Shown here: positions 1 through 12,668 of the stretch, piece by piece | How the letters are laid out: each line of letters opens with the position of its first letter | Position numbering within the stretch: the first letter of the stretch is position 1 | Assembly: GCA_964016885.1 (NCBI GenBank) | Contig: OZ024747.1 | Coordinates: forward strand, 31,310,001 to 31,374,000 | From: Eledone cirrhosa | Lineage: Eukaryota | DNA: 64,000 bases | Reading direction: 5' to 3' | Translations under genes and position numbers: made by a program | The notes under the pieces: model-generated | Databases searched by the model: none | Told to the model about the DNA's origin: nothing | What the model saw: only the letters and a program-made list of their open reading frames with translations

Positions 1-2004
1 CCCAAATATTTGGAAATACTTTCAAAGTGTTTATCGCTGTTCAGAATCTCTCAGGTTTGCTTTATATAGAGGGAGCTTTATTGAAACAAGAAATAATAAT
101 AATCAGCTATTTCTCTGTGTGTTTTTATTGCTGTTAATATTGTTGTATTCATTGTCAGCACAATGAAAGCTTAGTCTGGAAAAATAATTGTGTTGTGAGA
201 ATTAGAGGTCAGTGAATGTGTGTTGAGTGCAAAAATAGTGAGATGGTTAAGATGCTTCAGTGAACTTCCGTAAAGGTAATGATGAAGATTGTAGGATTTT
301 CTGGGCTGTTAACAGACGTAGTACAGGTAATTAGGTATATTGTTAGCAGAGAACTATGTAATGATAAGCAATATACTACAAGCTGTGGTGAACAGCTAGG
401 TAGGTATACAACAAGCTGTGATGTACAGATAGGTAGGTATAATGGAAACAGAAAACTGTAATGACAAGTAATCTACACAAGCTGTGACCTTTTGTTGTAT
501 CCATATAGTAAGATTAACAAATGAGCAAAAGAATCACATTTAGTATGACATTAGAGATCAGTCATATCAGATGACTGTGTCTTGCTCATACAGAACTGTT
601 TCTGGCTTGGTTTCTGTGGCTGGGTGCCCTTCCTAACACCAACCACATCTGCAGTGTGGACTGGGTGTTTTTAATTGTGGCACAAAAAAGACCAACTGAC
701 AGGTTGGACTGGGTCATAACTATGTTGCAAAGCATGTTGTTTGAGACTCTACTGATACTGCCAATGATGATGAAGTTATATTAGTTTTGAGTTAGATGCT
801 GTTCTCTGAAATGTAGGTGTGTTGTCGGTACATTGTACAGAAATATCCAAATATCCAAACTACTACGCCAGTAAGATAACAACGATTATATCAAACATCC
901 AATGGAGGGGGATGGCATAAATTACAACAGAATTTCTTCAAGTCTATTTTATAATCCAATAATCCAGCTAGTATTTAATTTGTTGGAGCCTCAAATATAA
1001 AAAGGTTATAATGAAGGAGATATGATTTAGAATGGTTTCAGTAGATGCCAACAAAACATCAATTTAAGAAGAAAATAAGCTAAAATTAAATACCTAATTA
1101 GGAAAAAAATAAGTTCAATAATATATACTACAGATTTCTTTTTCTAAATTATTCATTCATAGTTATTACACCGTACATGAATAACACAAAACAAAACAAG
1201 CTATGAGTATGTTGCAGTAAAAATAAAAATTAAATTGAAATCAATTTTATTAATGGCTAAAAATATGTGAGTAAGAAAAATAACAAATAAATGAATAATG
1301 TTTTACACATTTATCTTTTGCTTTTTCTTGTTTTGTTTTTTTCTAATTCAGAAAAATACATCTCATGATCCTAATTAGATTTATGTTTAATGTTCAGTTA
1401 TATATATAAGAAATACCAAGGGTTGCAGCTAGGATGATGATAGCGATAATGATGATTATTAGAGTGATGTGGAAAAAGAGATAATGATTCTATCTCAACT
1501 ACAGTTATAGAAATCTAAAGTACACTTAGAATTATCATAATCATTATATAATTACTAGTGAAGCTGTGTTGTTAAAATTGATGACTGTTTTAATTATAAA
1601 GAATGGCTCACATGTTCAAAACAACAAGTAAAACCAGTTATAAATTTCTCACTTTCACATTTTGAGTTTAAAAGCAAAATAACACACTTTGAGCTTAACT
1701 AAAAGATAGACCAATAATTTAATTTCATAAGGAATGCTGGTCATTTAAAATGGTCAGTTACAACAGATGCTTGTATCAGCTTTTTACTTATAAGTATATT
1801 CTGCTGGTCCACTGAATTGTTTAACAATGGTTACAAAATTTCTTATTAAAAGTGATTATACTATATTTAGAAAAATATTACAACCAATATTATTTACAAA
1901 TCATTTTAAGGATTTACATATATTTATCATTATTCTGGAAATTGCTTTATCACAACATTCATAGTTAAGCTGAGGTCTACAAAGATTTCATTGTTTTTCA
2001 TCAT

Positions 2005-2192
2005 TGTGGATTGGCAGTATCGGTAGAGGGTCGGACGCCATACTTTGACGTATAGAGTTATGGCCCTTGCCATGCTGGGTTCAAATCATGCCGAGGTTAA
2101 CTTTGCCTTTCATCCTTACGGGGTCGATAAAATAAAGTACCAGTAATGCACTGGGTGATTCCTCTCCTTGTGCCAAAAGTAGAAACAATTAT
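2005..2192 (+). mobile_element. Same SINE family
   Basis: Near-identical to 22625-22810. Confidence 0.8.
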
Positions 2193-3540
2193 TTATCAGT
2201 AACTTAAGACTGTTCCTAGTTAAAGCAGTATAAAGTTAACATCTTTCTCTAAATTAGTGTGGATTGTATGAAGTAAAGTAAAAGAAATTTCAGGCAGAGT
2301 ATTGAGCAAGATATAAGCAAATATATTCTGCTTGTATTCTGTAAATTTATAAATACTGAAAACCACACAGCCATGAGTATGAAGCTTGGAACCTGAGGAG
2401 ATAGGAATTTACAATAGAAACCAGAATTATTTTGTTCATGTGAAGTAAATCTCTAATCTGGAACATAACAGCCACGACTCGTTCTCCAGTTCGAACCTTG
2501 ATGTTTTGGTCACAAACATGGGTATTGACAGCCACAATGCAGAGGAACAAACGAAAGATATCCAAATACTGGGACATCACTGACCACTTCCATTTCATTC
2601 CAGGCTCCATCAAAAATTCCAGTGTACACGATTTCTGAACTGCTGTTTTCCTCCACAAAATTTGGGAGAAGTGCATCCCACATGAAGTGGGTATCACTGG
2701 CTGTTCTCTGTGGCAATGCTTTTACCGTCGTTTCTGTAGCACCCAGCTGAGATATATTGTCTAACCAGTGATGTAGAGTTTGCACCCTTATTTCCGCCCC
2801 TTTTTCCATTCATTTTTTCTCACCTTTTTTTTTTCACTCTTCCTGTTTAGTTCCCTAATCATATGATGTTTCGGGGATTTTTCTAAATATTTTCATTATT
2901 GTATACTTTCTGTTCAACAATAAATTCCAAGTTTCTTTTTTATTATCATTTCATGTTCAAGTGAATTCTTTGTCTCTGTAAAATGTGTGAGATTCTGATG
3001 GCACCATGCAGTAAAATCTACTTTGACAATCATTCAAACTTGAAGAACTATTCAAACCATACTAACACAGAAAATTAGTTGTAAATTCATTACAAAGAAC
3101 ACCTGCACATATGTATTATTCACCCTGTTAAATGGATTTTTGAAGGAGAGAATTGGCAGTTAACTGATGAGTGTGTAATATATTAAAAAAGAAAGAATAA
3201 AGGGAAGCTCCAAGTCATCAGAATCGCTGTTACTATAAACGGAAACCAAGTCACACCACAAGGCAAACCACTTTGTATTTCCTCTAATATTTTTCCATTG
3301 AAACTTTAAACTCGTAATTATTAAACATCAACAAAAGCTATTTAATTAGATTGAAAATAAGGAGGACTATTTTGAAAAAGTAAAAAATATCAACAACATG
3401 GCTGGTGATATATATTGCATTTCTTTATTACAATAGTATAAGTTTGATTGTTCCGGAAGAGACTGTAGGATTTGACAACACAATGGATTTAGCTTTAAAC
3501 AGTACACATGTGTGTGTATATAATATATATATATATATAT

Positions 3541-3740
3541 AGTTTTAATATAGATGAGATTCTACAGGACTAGAACTGTTTCATTCTTTAGAAATCATCA
3601 GGAATCCTGATGATTTCTAAAGAATGAAACAGTTCTAATCCTGTAGAATCTCATCTATATTAAAACTTTTATACTCTGCTATGTATTGAGTACCTTACTT
3701 ACTGTGGTTACCTCTGATTCAACCCGGAATAACTTACCTT
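3541..3740. mobile_element. Short PLE-type terminal fragment with a 63-bp-arm snap-back palindrome (3541-3667), between (TA)n tracts
   Basis: 3541-3603 is the reverse complement of 3605-3667 (1 mismatch). It contains an HHR core and has (TA)n on both sides. Confidence 0.75.
3605..3650 (+). ncRNA. Type I hammerhead ribozyme, stem I truncated by the palindrome apex
   Basis: tc-CTGATGA-tTTCTaaAGAAt-GAAA-CAG...CTG-TA-gaatc; predicted cleavage triplet GUA. A mirror copy lies on the minus strand. Confidence 0.7.
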
Positions 3741-5137
3741 ATATATATATATATATATATATAAGTATTGAAATTTCCGTTGAAAACAGAAAAGGTCATA
3801 GAAGTGAAGAGTGCTCTATGTAAGTATCAGAGCAAAATTTAATGTATAAAAATCAATACAATATAATTACCTCATTACCAGAGGTTTCCCGAATGAGGCG
3901 AATACGAAAGAAACGTCTTCATTCGTTCGTCAGACGAGGCAATATAAAACATGGGTAAATACTTGGAAAGTCTCAAGAAAAGCAACAACAAAAAAAAAAA
4001 AAAAAAGATATAGACAAATGAATTAGAATATGAAATATATAATAATCTTTCAAGAAATATAGTTAGGTGTGTGTATATGTATGTATATACGCTCACAGAT
4101 GTGCATATATGTGTATGCACATATGTATACGTATAGTGAAAAAGTGTGCGTAAATATATAATTTAGGGCAAATGTATCTGTATGTCTGTAATCTACAGAC
4201 AGAATAGATACATCATAAGAATATGAAGGCACGCGCATAAACACACCTACACACACGTACACTTAGATGCGGAAGTAAAAGAGGTAAAGGAGTGTAATAA
4301 TTAAAGGAAAGTATCAATCTCGATATATTTATAAAAATGGAACAATAATTTAGAAAGAAAAAATTAAAGAAAAGACAAACATACATACACACACACGTAT
4401 ATCTCACAAAAGAAACGCAAAAATATACATGCTTATATACACACGCACACTTACACATCCATACGTTCGATACGTACACACACACATACTTACACTCACG
4501 CATATTGACCTGTTTGCATGCACACGCATAAAAATGAGTAAGTAAAAAAAGGGGAAGAAAAAAGGAACAAAACATAAAACCTAGATGTAAAAAACACGGA
4601 TATAAAGACACATACACATACGCATACATACATATATATACACGCACGCGCCCGCACATACGTAGTCGCTCATGTACATATATAGAAAGTATACACACAT
4701 TAAGGCGTTCAGCCACATTGATACAGGGTGTAAAAAACTTGTGGATAAGTAAGTAGAAATATAAAATTATAAAATTGTAAGATTGGCTGCGCAAAAATAA
4801 AAAATAATAAAAATAAAAAAAAATATATATATCTGGAGTGGAAAACGCAAATGACATGTCTAATCAGTTAGTGAAGGAAATATGGACGTAAAAAATGGAA
4901 AGTGAAGATATTAGGTGGATGTGAAGTAAAAATAAAAAAATAAAAAAATAAAAAAATAAAAAAATAAAAAAATAAAAAAATAAAAAAATAAAAAAATAAT
5001 AAAATAATAAAATAAAAAAAATAATAATAAAATAATAATATATAAATAAAAATAAAAATAAAAATAAATGAAATTAATGATAAGGATAAAAATGAAAGTA
5101 AATGAGAAAGGGTAATTATAAAGAGAATAATAAGAGT

Positions 5138-5632
5138 TTATGGAGGATAAGTATCTGAAAGTGTGTTAAGTTTATATGAGCTGGAAAGCAGGTGTGATTT
5201 CATGTGTTGGCAACTGTTGAAAATTTCTGTCTTTGTGTTCAGGCAGGTCTTTGGTGATTTTAGATTTTGCAATATCCAATATTTTTCATTTATGCAGAGC
5301 GTGCATTTTCTTGTTCCTCTAGCATATTCTTTAGATTGGTTCAAAATTGACCAATCTAATTTATATTGGATGCCTTGGTCTTTCAAATCCCAAATTCTGC
5401 TAGCCAGAGCTGTTGTAAATCTTTTTTCTGGATGTCGAAAGGATGCGACATGTGAGTAAAAACGCGTTTTGAATTTGTCTTGCGTCATACCCACATATCG
5501 TTCACTGGTGGCTGGATGGTTGTTGCTGATGGTTGTCACTTTAGCCGCATATACAATGGCTTTGGTGTTGCATTTACCTTGTAATGGGCATTCACTTTTG
5601 ATTCTACAGGAGCAAGTTTGATTTTCTCTAGG
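5138..5632 (-). pseudogene. PLE C-terminus: CxC linker plus GIY-YIG endonuclease (Hydra-clade-like)
   Basis: The open frame extends upstream of the annotated ORF: TCSCRIKSECPLQGKCNTKAIVYAAKV...YVGMT...FKTRFYSH...CTLCINEK...LNTKTEIFNSCQH. Confidence 0.85.
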
Positions 5633-5781
5633 TGATATTTATCACCTAGAGAAAATCAAACTTTATATCCGTGTTTTTTACATCTAGGTTTTATGTTTTG
5701 TTCCTTTTTTCTTCTCCCCTTTTTTTTACTTACTCATTTTTATGCGTGTGAATGCAAACAGGTCAATATGCGTGAGTGTAA

Positions 5782-5817
<36 letters not shown>

Positions 5818-6349
5818 ATCGAACGTATGGATGTGTAAGTGTGCGTGTGTATATAAGCATGTATATTTTTGCGTTTCTTTTGTGAGATATACGTGTGTGT
5901 GTATGTATGTTTGTCTTCTTTTCTTTAATTTTTTCTTTCTAAATTATTGTTCCATTTTTATAAATATATCGAGATTGATACTTTCCTTTAATTATTACAC
6001 TCCTTTACCTCTTTTACTTCCGCATCTAAGTGTACGTGTGTGTAGGTGTGTTTATGCGCGTGCCTTCATATTCTTATGATGTATCTATTCTGTCTGTAGA
6101 TTACAGACATACAGATACATTTGCCCTAAATTATATATTTACGCACACTTTTTCACTATACGTATACATATGTGCATACACATATATGCACATCTGTGAG
6201 CGTATATACATACATATACACACACCTAACTATATTTCTTGAAAGATTATTATATATTTCATATTCTAATTCATTTGTCTATATCTTTTTTTTTTTTTTT
6301 TTTTTTCTTTTCTTGAGACTTTCCAAGTATTTACCCATGTTTTATATTG

Positions 6350-6427
6350 CCTCGTCTGACGAACGAATGAAGACGTTTCTTTCGTATTCGCCTCATTCGG
6401 GAAACCTCTGGTAATGAGGTAATTATA
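6350..6427 (+). ncRNA. Hammerhead-like motif with extended stem II (mirror copy ~3863-3939, minus strand)
   Basis: CTGACGA-aCGAATGA...TCATTCGg-GAAA-CCTC-tggtaat-GAGG-TA. Stem I pairing is weak. Confidence 0.6.
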
Positions 6428-6964
6428 TTGTATTGATTTTTATACATTATATATATATATATATAGGAAGAGGTTATAGTTCACTTGAAGCATTGTGTAA
6501 TGAGGTATAAACGTTTGTATATGTACAATAAAGCCAAAACAATGCAGGTATGGACATAGAATAAAGAATGCAAATGCAAAATATATTGTTGACAATTAGT
6601 CTTTTACCTTAGATTTACAAGGCTACATTTTGTCTAGGTTAATTCTCTTCCTGATCAGTTCTACTATAAGTCTTTCAGTATCTTTCATAACCTGGTCCAA
6701 AAGTTTATGCTAGTATAGAAAAATGAATTTGTTCTATATACATCATCATCATCATCATCATCACCGTTTTACGTCCATTCTCCCACACTAGTATGGGTTA
6801 GACGAGTTGTGCTGTTGTTGGCAATACCAGGTCAGGTGTCCATGTCTTGCTCATACACAACTGATTTTGGCTTGATTTCTACAGTTGGATGCACTTCCTA
6901 ACACTAACTTCATTTACAGTGAGTACTGGGTGATTTTTATCATGAATAATGATGATTATAATAA

Positions 6965-7283
6965 TTTTTTCTACTTTTGGCACAAGGCCAGCAATTACCC
7001 AGTGCATTACTGGGACTTTATTTTATCGACCCCGTAAGGATGAAAGGCAAAGTTAACCTCGGCAGGATTTGAACACAGAAGGCAAGGGCCGTAACTCTGT
7101 GCGTCAAAGCATGGCGTCCGACCCTCTAACGATACTGCCAATCCACCACCCTTATGATAACTCATTAATATGTCCAATCCCGCCGAGGTTGACTTTGCCT
7201 TTCATCCTTACGGGGTCGATAAAATAAAGTACCAGTAATGCACTGGGTAATTGCTGGCCTTGTGCCAAAAGTAGAAACAATTA
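6965..7283. mobile_element. Two SINE copies head-to-head (6965-7152 minus; 7176-7283 plus, 5'-truncated)
   Basis: Both contain the same SINE core and tail. Confidence 0.8.
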
Positions 7284-7769
7284 ATATGTCCAATTTGAAA
7301 TGGAAAGGGCCACAATTAAATTAGGCTTAGTATATCAAATATATTTATTAACTAAATTTTTATGTTTCCTTCTTAAATGATTCATATTTAGGAAAGAAAC
7401 AGAACTAGTCTTGTAATAGTAATTTATTAAGCATGCATGCATACACACATACATGGCTGGCTGAATACACATATATAAAAAAAATCTTTATTAGTTCTTT
7501 CCTCTTCTCACTATCTTTATATTCTATCTTATATTCCTTATTCTATCTTCTGTTGAAGGACTAATGTCCAAAACATTAATACACTTTTGCCACTATATCC
7601 AACATTAAACTAATATATTTCCTCATTGTACTGTGTCGTTTGCTTTGTTATTTCTGTTTAATTTTTGCACATATATATATATACAATAGTACATTTGTAA
7701 GATTATGTACATTGTCATAATATAACCCCCAAAAAAGAAACTACCTTGCAATAAATATTTAATGTTATC

Positions 7770-7828
<59 letters not shown>

Positions 7829-7832
<4 letters not shown>

Positions 7833-8315
7833 GTAGTTAAGAAAGCCACAACAATGCAGAGGGAAATCTCGAGGTAGGAAGTGAATGATAGATAGGAGAA
7901 ACAGGTGAAAGTGAAAATTGAGAGAGACAAAGATGAAAACAAAACAAAGGTAGAAGGGTTACCGTAGTGGAGATTTAATCCCAATATTTCGGGCTCACGC
8001 CCATCAACGGGGGAAAGTTCCAAAAGGGGAGGAACAGGCCAAGCGGAGAAAGTTGTGATGTCGTTAAGACAGGAATGCCGGAACTTTCCCCCGTTGATGG
8101 GCGTGAGCCCGAAATATTGGGATTAAATCTCCACTACGGTAACCCTTCTACCTTTGTTTTGTTTTCATCTTTGTCTCTCTCAATTTTCACTTTCACCTGT
8201 TTCTCCTATCTATCATTCACTTCCTACCTAGAGATTTCCCTCTGCATTGTTGTGGCTTTCTTAACTACGTATTTTACACATTTCACAATGCTTCAAGCAA
8301 ACTTTAACACCCTCA
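7829..8315. mobile_element. Fold-back PLE-type terminal fragment (arms ~7829-8021 and 8080-8272) in (TA)n
   Basis: About 190-bp near-perfect inverted repeat with a ~58-bp spacer. The arms carry a degenerate HHR-like motif, TTGATG-GGC-GTGA-GCCC-GAAA-TATT. Confidence 0.7.
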
Positions 8316-9801
8316 TATATATATATATATATATGTCCAACCCTTGCAAGCATAGAAAAGTGGATGTAAATGGAAGGATATATCTGTGTTCACATGTGTG
8401 TATGTGAAAATATGGGAGCATATGTTTATATAGTTTGTCTATTGTCTACCTCAAACATTATGGTCATCTGTAATATTTTGAACAGCTATGATACAAAGTC
8501 TGCATTAGAAGCCATCTTGAAATAGATACTGCTGAGTGTGGAATATTGAACAACACAGTAGGCTGGGTTTCCTAACATCAATCAATAAATTAATCTTTAT
8601 GAATAAAACTCTGCAGAGGTTTGAATAGTGAAAATGTCAAATAAAAAATTCTAAAAGATGTATAAAAAGAAAGCAAAAAATACAAAATCTAAAAACAAAA
8701 CAACAAAATTTGAAACTAAAGTAAATCCTTTGTGACAATTTGTTCAGGAAGAAGTCAAATAAACAATTTTATTGCAAATTTTAGAGGGGAAAAAACAGTA
8801 ACTTCCATTAAGCCTATATTTGCAATCCTTACCATCATCATCATCCTCATTATCATCATCGTCACCAATTTAAACATAAAAATTATTATTGTTCAGCTAA
8901 TATGCTTATACCAATAGTCATGAATGTGTCTCAAGGGATATGATTTTTCATTTATATCTTAAATTACCAATAAAATTTGAGTTCAAATTAGTTGTAACTA
9001 GTTACTATGCAATATCATTTGCTTGACACCAGTCTCCATTGAAAGTAAACTCTTTTCTGCTGTTTAAAATAATTTAAAATGATACTGTTCTATGGTAAGC
9101 TTAGCATATGTCATATATTCTCTGCTATTAGAAGGTAAAAATCTATTAAATGATATTACATTTCAATTCAAATTTATAATTCCTTTTTTTTTTATATTTA
9201 ACCTTGTCTCAAGGGTAAAATATGTATGTAAAAATACAAGTGTTGAAATCTAGTTTGTTGATTTATATATGCATCTATTCTAAACTCTAAATCACATAAA
9301 ACACACACACAAACTCATTTTAGGTAAAATTGTGCTGTAACTGTTGGAGAATGTAAATTATATTAAATACAAAACCGAAGAGCTGTTATTCTCATTTTAA
9401 ATGAAACCTAATAACATACATCAAAACTGAACATGAAATCACTCAATCAAAGTGGAAAATCAAGGCCATATTTATAGAGGAAGGGTAGTAAAAGTCAGTT
9501 GTCTTGAATTAAATCTATTATTGCTATCAATTTTTGTCGCTTTGGAAACATGATATGCAAAGATGATTAGTAGGGATTTGAATGTAGAAATCATCATCAT
9601 CACTGTTTTTATGTCTATTGTCTTGTAAAGGTTGGACAATAGGTTGGACATATATATGTCTGTCTGTCTGTATATATACTGTGTTTATCTATTGTCTTGT
9701 AAGGGTTGGACAATAGGTTGGACATATATATGTCTGTCTGTCTGTATGTATATATATATGTATGCATATCCAACATTGCTACACACACATATATATATAT
9801 A

Positions 9802-10408
9802 TGGTGGCTGCCAACTCGTTTTCGAGTACGGCCACTACTTTATATCCATGTAGGAGAACCCCTACGGATGCGCTGAACGAGTGTGACTTTTTAGTCCAGC
9901 CAGCGATTTGAAAACTCTGGTACAAACACTACACTTTTGACAATTATTGACACATAGTGCTGGGCCCATGGTACCATCTGACGACAAGTGCAGAGAGATC
10001 TCCAGATATAAAGCAATGCCTGTGCCGTGAAGCTTTTATAGTGAGCAAAGGCACTGCACAAAGCCAGTCCCACTCTCTTAAACAAGATGATATGTACCAA
10101 AAAGAAGAACAAGTCAATATCATTGGATACCATCAGGGTTGCAGGTGTTATATCAGAGTTTTCCTTCTCCTAGAATTCTGCTTGACAAAGGCTAAGGGGT
10201 CATCTCTCCCGGCGATTTTGGATGGCCATTGACTCTTAAGAGCTCCTTTGCCCTTTGACAGGTTTTGTTTTTAGTCCTGCAGGATGTCCAAAGTCACCCT
10301 CCTCCCCAAGAAACCTTGGTGGGGTTGCCAGTTTAGTCGCCAACGACCCGACCATGAGACAGGTTGTACTGGGATACATGTTACCAGTAGCACCAACTGG
10401 TGACCTGT
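9802..10408. mobile_element. Unclassified interspersed repeat inserted in (TA)n; a diverged homologue of its end lies at ~35238-35330
   Basis: More GC-rich block bounded by TA repeats. gtttagtcgcc..accatgagacaggttgtactgggatacatgttaccagtagc aligns by eye with atttagtcact..acatgaagcatgttgtactagattatatgggtcaagtagc. Confidence 0.45.
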
Positions 10409-10699
10409 ATATATATATACATACCTAGATAGATACACATCATACACATATATTATGTCTTGGGTCCTATTCCCCTCTTAGACTCAACTCCCCTCCCCAA
10501 TTTCTCTAATACCCCATCCATTATCACACCCCTATATTCCTATCGCTTTCTCTTTGCTCATAGCTTCGTACTTACATGCACACACACCTTTTTACTCACA
10601 TATACACATATATCTCTTCTTAGCTTCGTACGGACCTATAACATAAACACACGCACACACACACCCACACAAACTCATGCTTACGCACGTGCACAAGTA

Positions 10700-11035
10700 T
10701 AGCACTTTTTACAAAACGTTTTTTTTTCATTTCAGGTAAACGCGCTCCATCATCCATTTTTTTAGAAAACAAATCATACACAAAACGCCAGCACTAACAG
10801 TTTTGCAAGAGATGTCAACATGAATGGACCTGTTATTTTTATCTAAAGATATTTTTTTCAATTCCATCCCGCTCATCCCCTTAATCTATTTTATTTCTCA
10901 TTCTTTCTTCTGATGAAGGATTAGCGTCCAAAACGTTAAGACCCTCTTCCTGCTATATCAAGCATTAACCTAATATATACTTTCCATATACTGTACTGAT
11001 TGTGTTGTTATTATTTCTGTTTACCTTTTACATAT
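10700..11035 (+). mobile_element. Decayed PLE pseudo-LTR (related copy ~7500-7670)
   Basis: ttCTGATGAaGGAttagcgTCCaaaacgttaag is an HHR with GAAA changed to AAAA. The same downstream tail ending in (TA)n occurs at 7545-7675. Confidence 0.55.
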
Positions 11036-11216
11036 ATATATATGCATAAGCAAAAGGGATATTCAATTTGTTGGTAATTCAACAAATATAAATGTTTATA
11101 ATTGATTCAAAGCACTCGACAAGTTTTCTGGAGTATAATATACAATGATATTAAATAAATGGAAACTATATTTATAAAATATGGTTTTATAAATATAGTT
11201 TCCATTTATTTAATAT

Positions 11217-11247
<31 letters not shown>

Positions 11248-12565
11248 CTAGCAGTAAAGCCCGGCGTTGCTCGGGGTCGCTCAGTAGCTGTGTTAAAGTT
11301 ACAATGTTAAGTTTCTTTCTTGGCTTAAAAACTGTAGTGTCTACTGTGCAGACTTGCATGTGGTGTTTTTGATTAATATTCCCTCAACCAACAATATGCC
11401 TTATGAAGTTAAGAAAACATAACGATAACCCGAATGTTATAACAAAAGAGGATGCTGGGGATAAAAACTGCACTGGTTATTTATTAACAAAGATCGAAAA
11501 TGTAAACACTGCAACGCAGAGAAAAACATTAGCGTAACCAAATTATCAGTTATGTCTGTCTGCACGCCTATATCACCTCTCTGCACGACTATCTGTCTGC
11601 ACGCCTATATCACCTCTCTGCACGACTGTCTGTCTGCACGCGTATATCACCTCTCTGCACGACTGTCTGTCTGCACGACTGTCTGTCTGCACGCCTAACG
11701 ACGAAATATTTGCTTGTTTTACGTAGTCTTTAAATAGACTTGTTTTCAAGTAAAAATATTGTTTTAAAATGCTTTTAAATGGAAATGAAGCAAAACGGAA
11801 GCTTAGTGTTCGAACTGATGAATTTTGCAGGTCAATATTTTGCTGGCTCGACAACTGTTCGTTCGTGTATTGTGTTAATGTCATTTTAAACGCTGAGAAA
11901 GCCAGCGTAATTTTTTACGTAAGACGCTCAATGTAAACAGAACAAAGGGAAATAACTGATAACTTACGCTCAAAAATCGATACATTATATTCGATTTCGT
12001 CACATAGGGCGGGTCAATTTGAAATTTTTTTTTTCCGATGTCTTCGCTAGGGCTCAATGTACAAGTATAGCAATTTCAGTGCAATTCCGTGAGAGATTCT
12101 AAGAGGAGATGTGTGCCAAAAATCGATAGACAGACAGACAACCACAGTTTTATATATATAGATTGTTTTAAAATGCTTTTAAATGGAAATGAAGCAAAAC
12201 GGAAGCTTAGTGTTCGAACTGATGAATTTTGCAGGTCAATATTTTGCTGGCTCGACAACTATTCGTTCGTGTATTGTGTTAATGTCATTTTAAACGCTGA
12301 GAAAGCCAGCGTAATTTTTTACGTAAGACGCTCAATGTAAACAGAACAAAGGGAAATAACTGATAACTTACGCTCAAAAATTGATACATTATATTCGATT
12401 TCGTCACATAGGGCGGGTTAATTTGAAATTTTTTTTTCCGATGTCTTCGCTAGGGCTCAATGTACAAGTATAGCAATTTCGGTGCAATTCCGTGAGAGAT
12501 TCTAAGAGGAGATGTGTGCAAAAAATCGATCGACAGACAGACAACCACAGTTTTATATATATAGA
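11248..12565 (-). mobile_element. Non-autonomous Helitron
   Basis: Minus strand: A|TCTATATATATAAAACTG 5' end, subterminal hairpin CCCGAGCAACGCCGGG, CTAG|T 3' end. Contains a ~37-bp minisatellite (11553-11700) and a ~404-bp tandem duplication. Confidence 0.85.
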
Positions 12566-12608
12566 TTATTGAGTAAAATGAGGCTGGACTCGTTAAAGAT
12601 TTATTACA

Positions 12609-12668
12609 AACACTATGCACATTTCAATGACCGGGTTTTGCAGGAACCCGGTGACATCATCAAGTGTT
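12609..12668 (-). ncRNA. Type I hammerhead ribozyme (C3U variant or decayed) in a PLE end
   Basis: aacac-TTGATGA-TGtcACCGGGTT..AACCCGGTCAtt-GAAA-TGTGCA-TA-gtgtt. Confidence 0.65.

Larger units (their letters stand above)
3762..6448 (-). mobile_element. 5'-truncated Penelope-like element with an inverted copy of its 3' end (pseudo-LTR)
   Basis: A GIY-YIG ORF lies on the minus strand. 3841-4604 is inverted-repeated at 5662-6448 (duplicate ORFs in the track). HHR in both arms, (TA)n flanks. Confidence 0.9.

Noticed and set aside
2510-2812. TGA readthrough, selenocysteine or A-to-I recoding extending the 99-aa ORF
   Set aside because: Another in-frame TGA lies a few codons upstream, and no SECIS or homology is evident.
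3875-6414. Duplicated ORFs on opposite strands (also 7769/8075)
   Set aside because: By-products of inverted repeats of non-coding element ends.
11553-11700. CRISPR-like regular repeats (also ~350-486)
   Set aside because: Minisatellites without unique spacers, in eukaryotic DNA with no cas genes.
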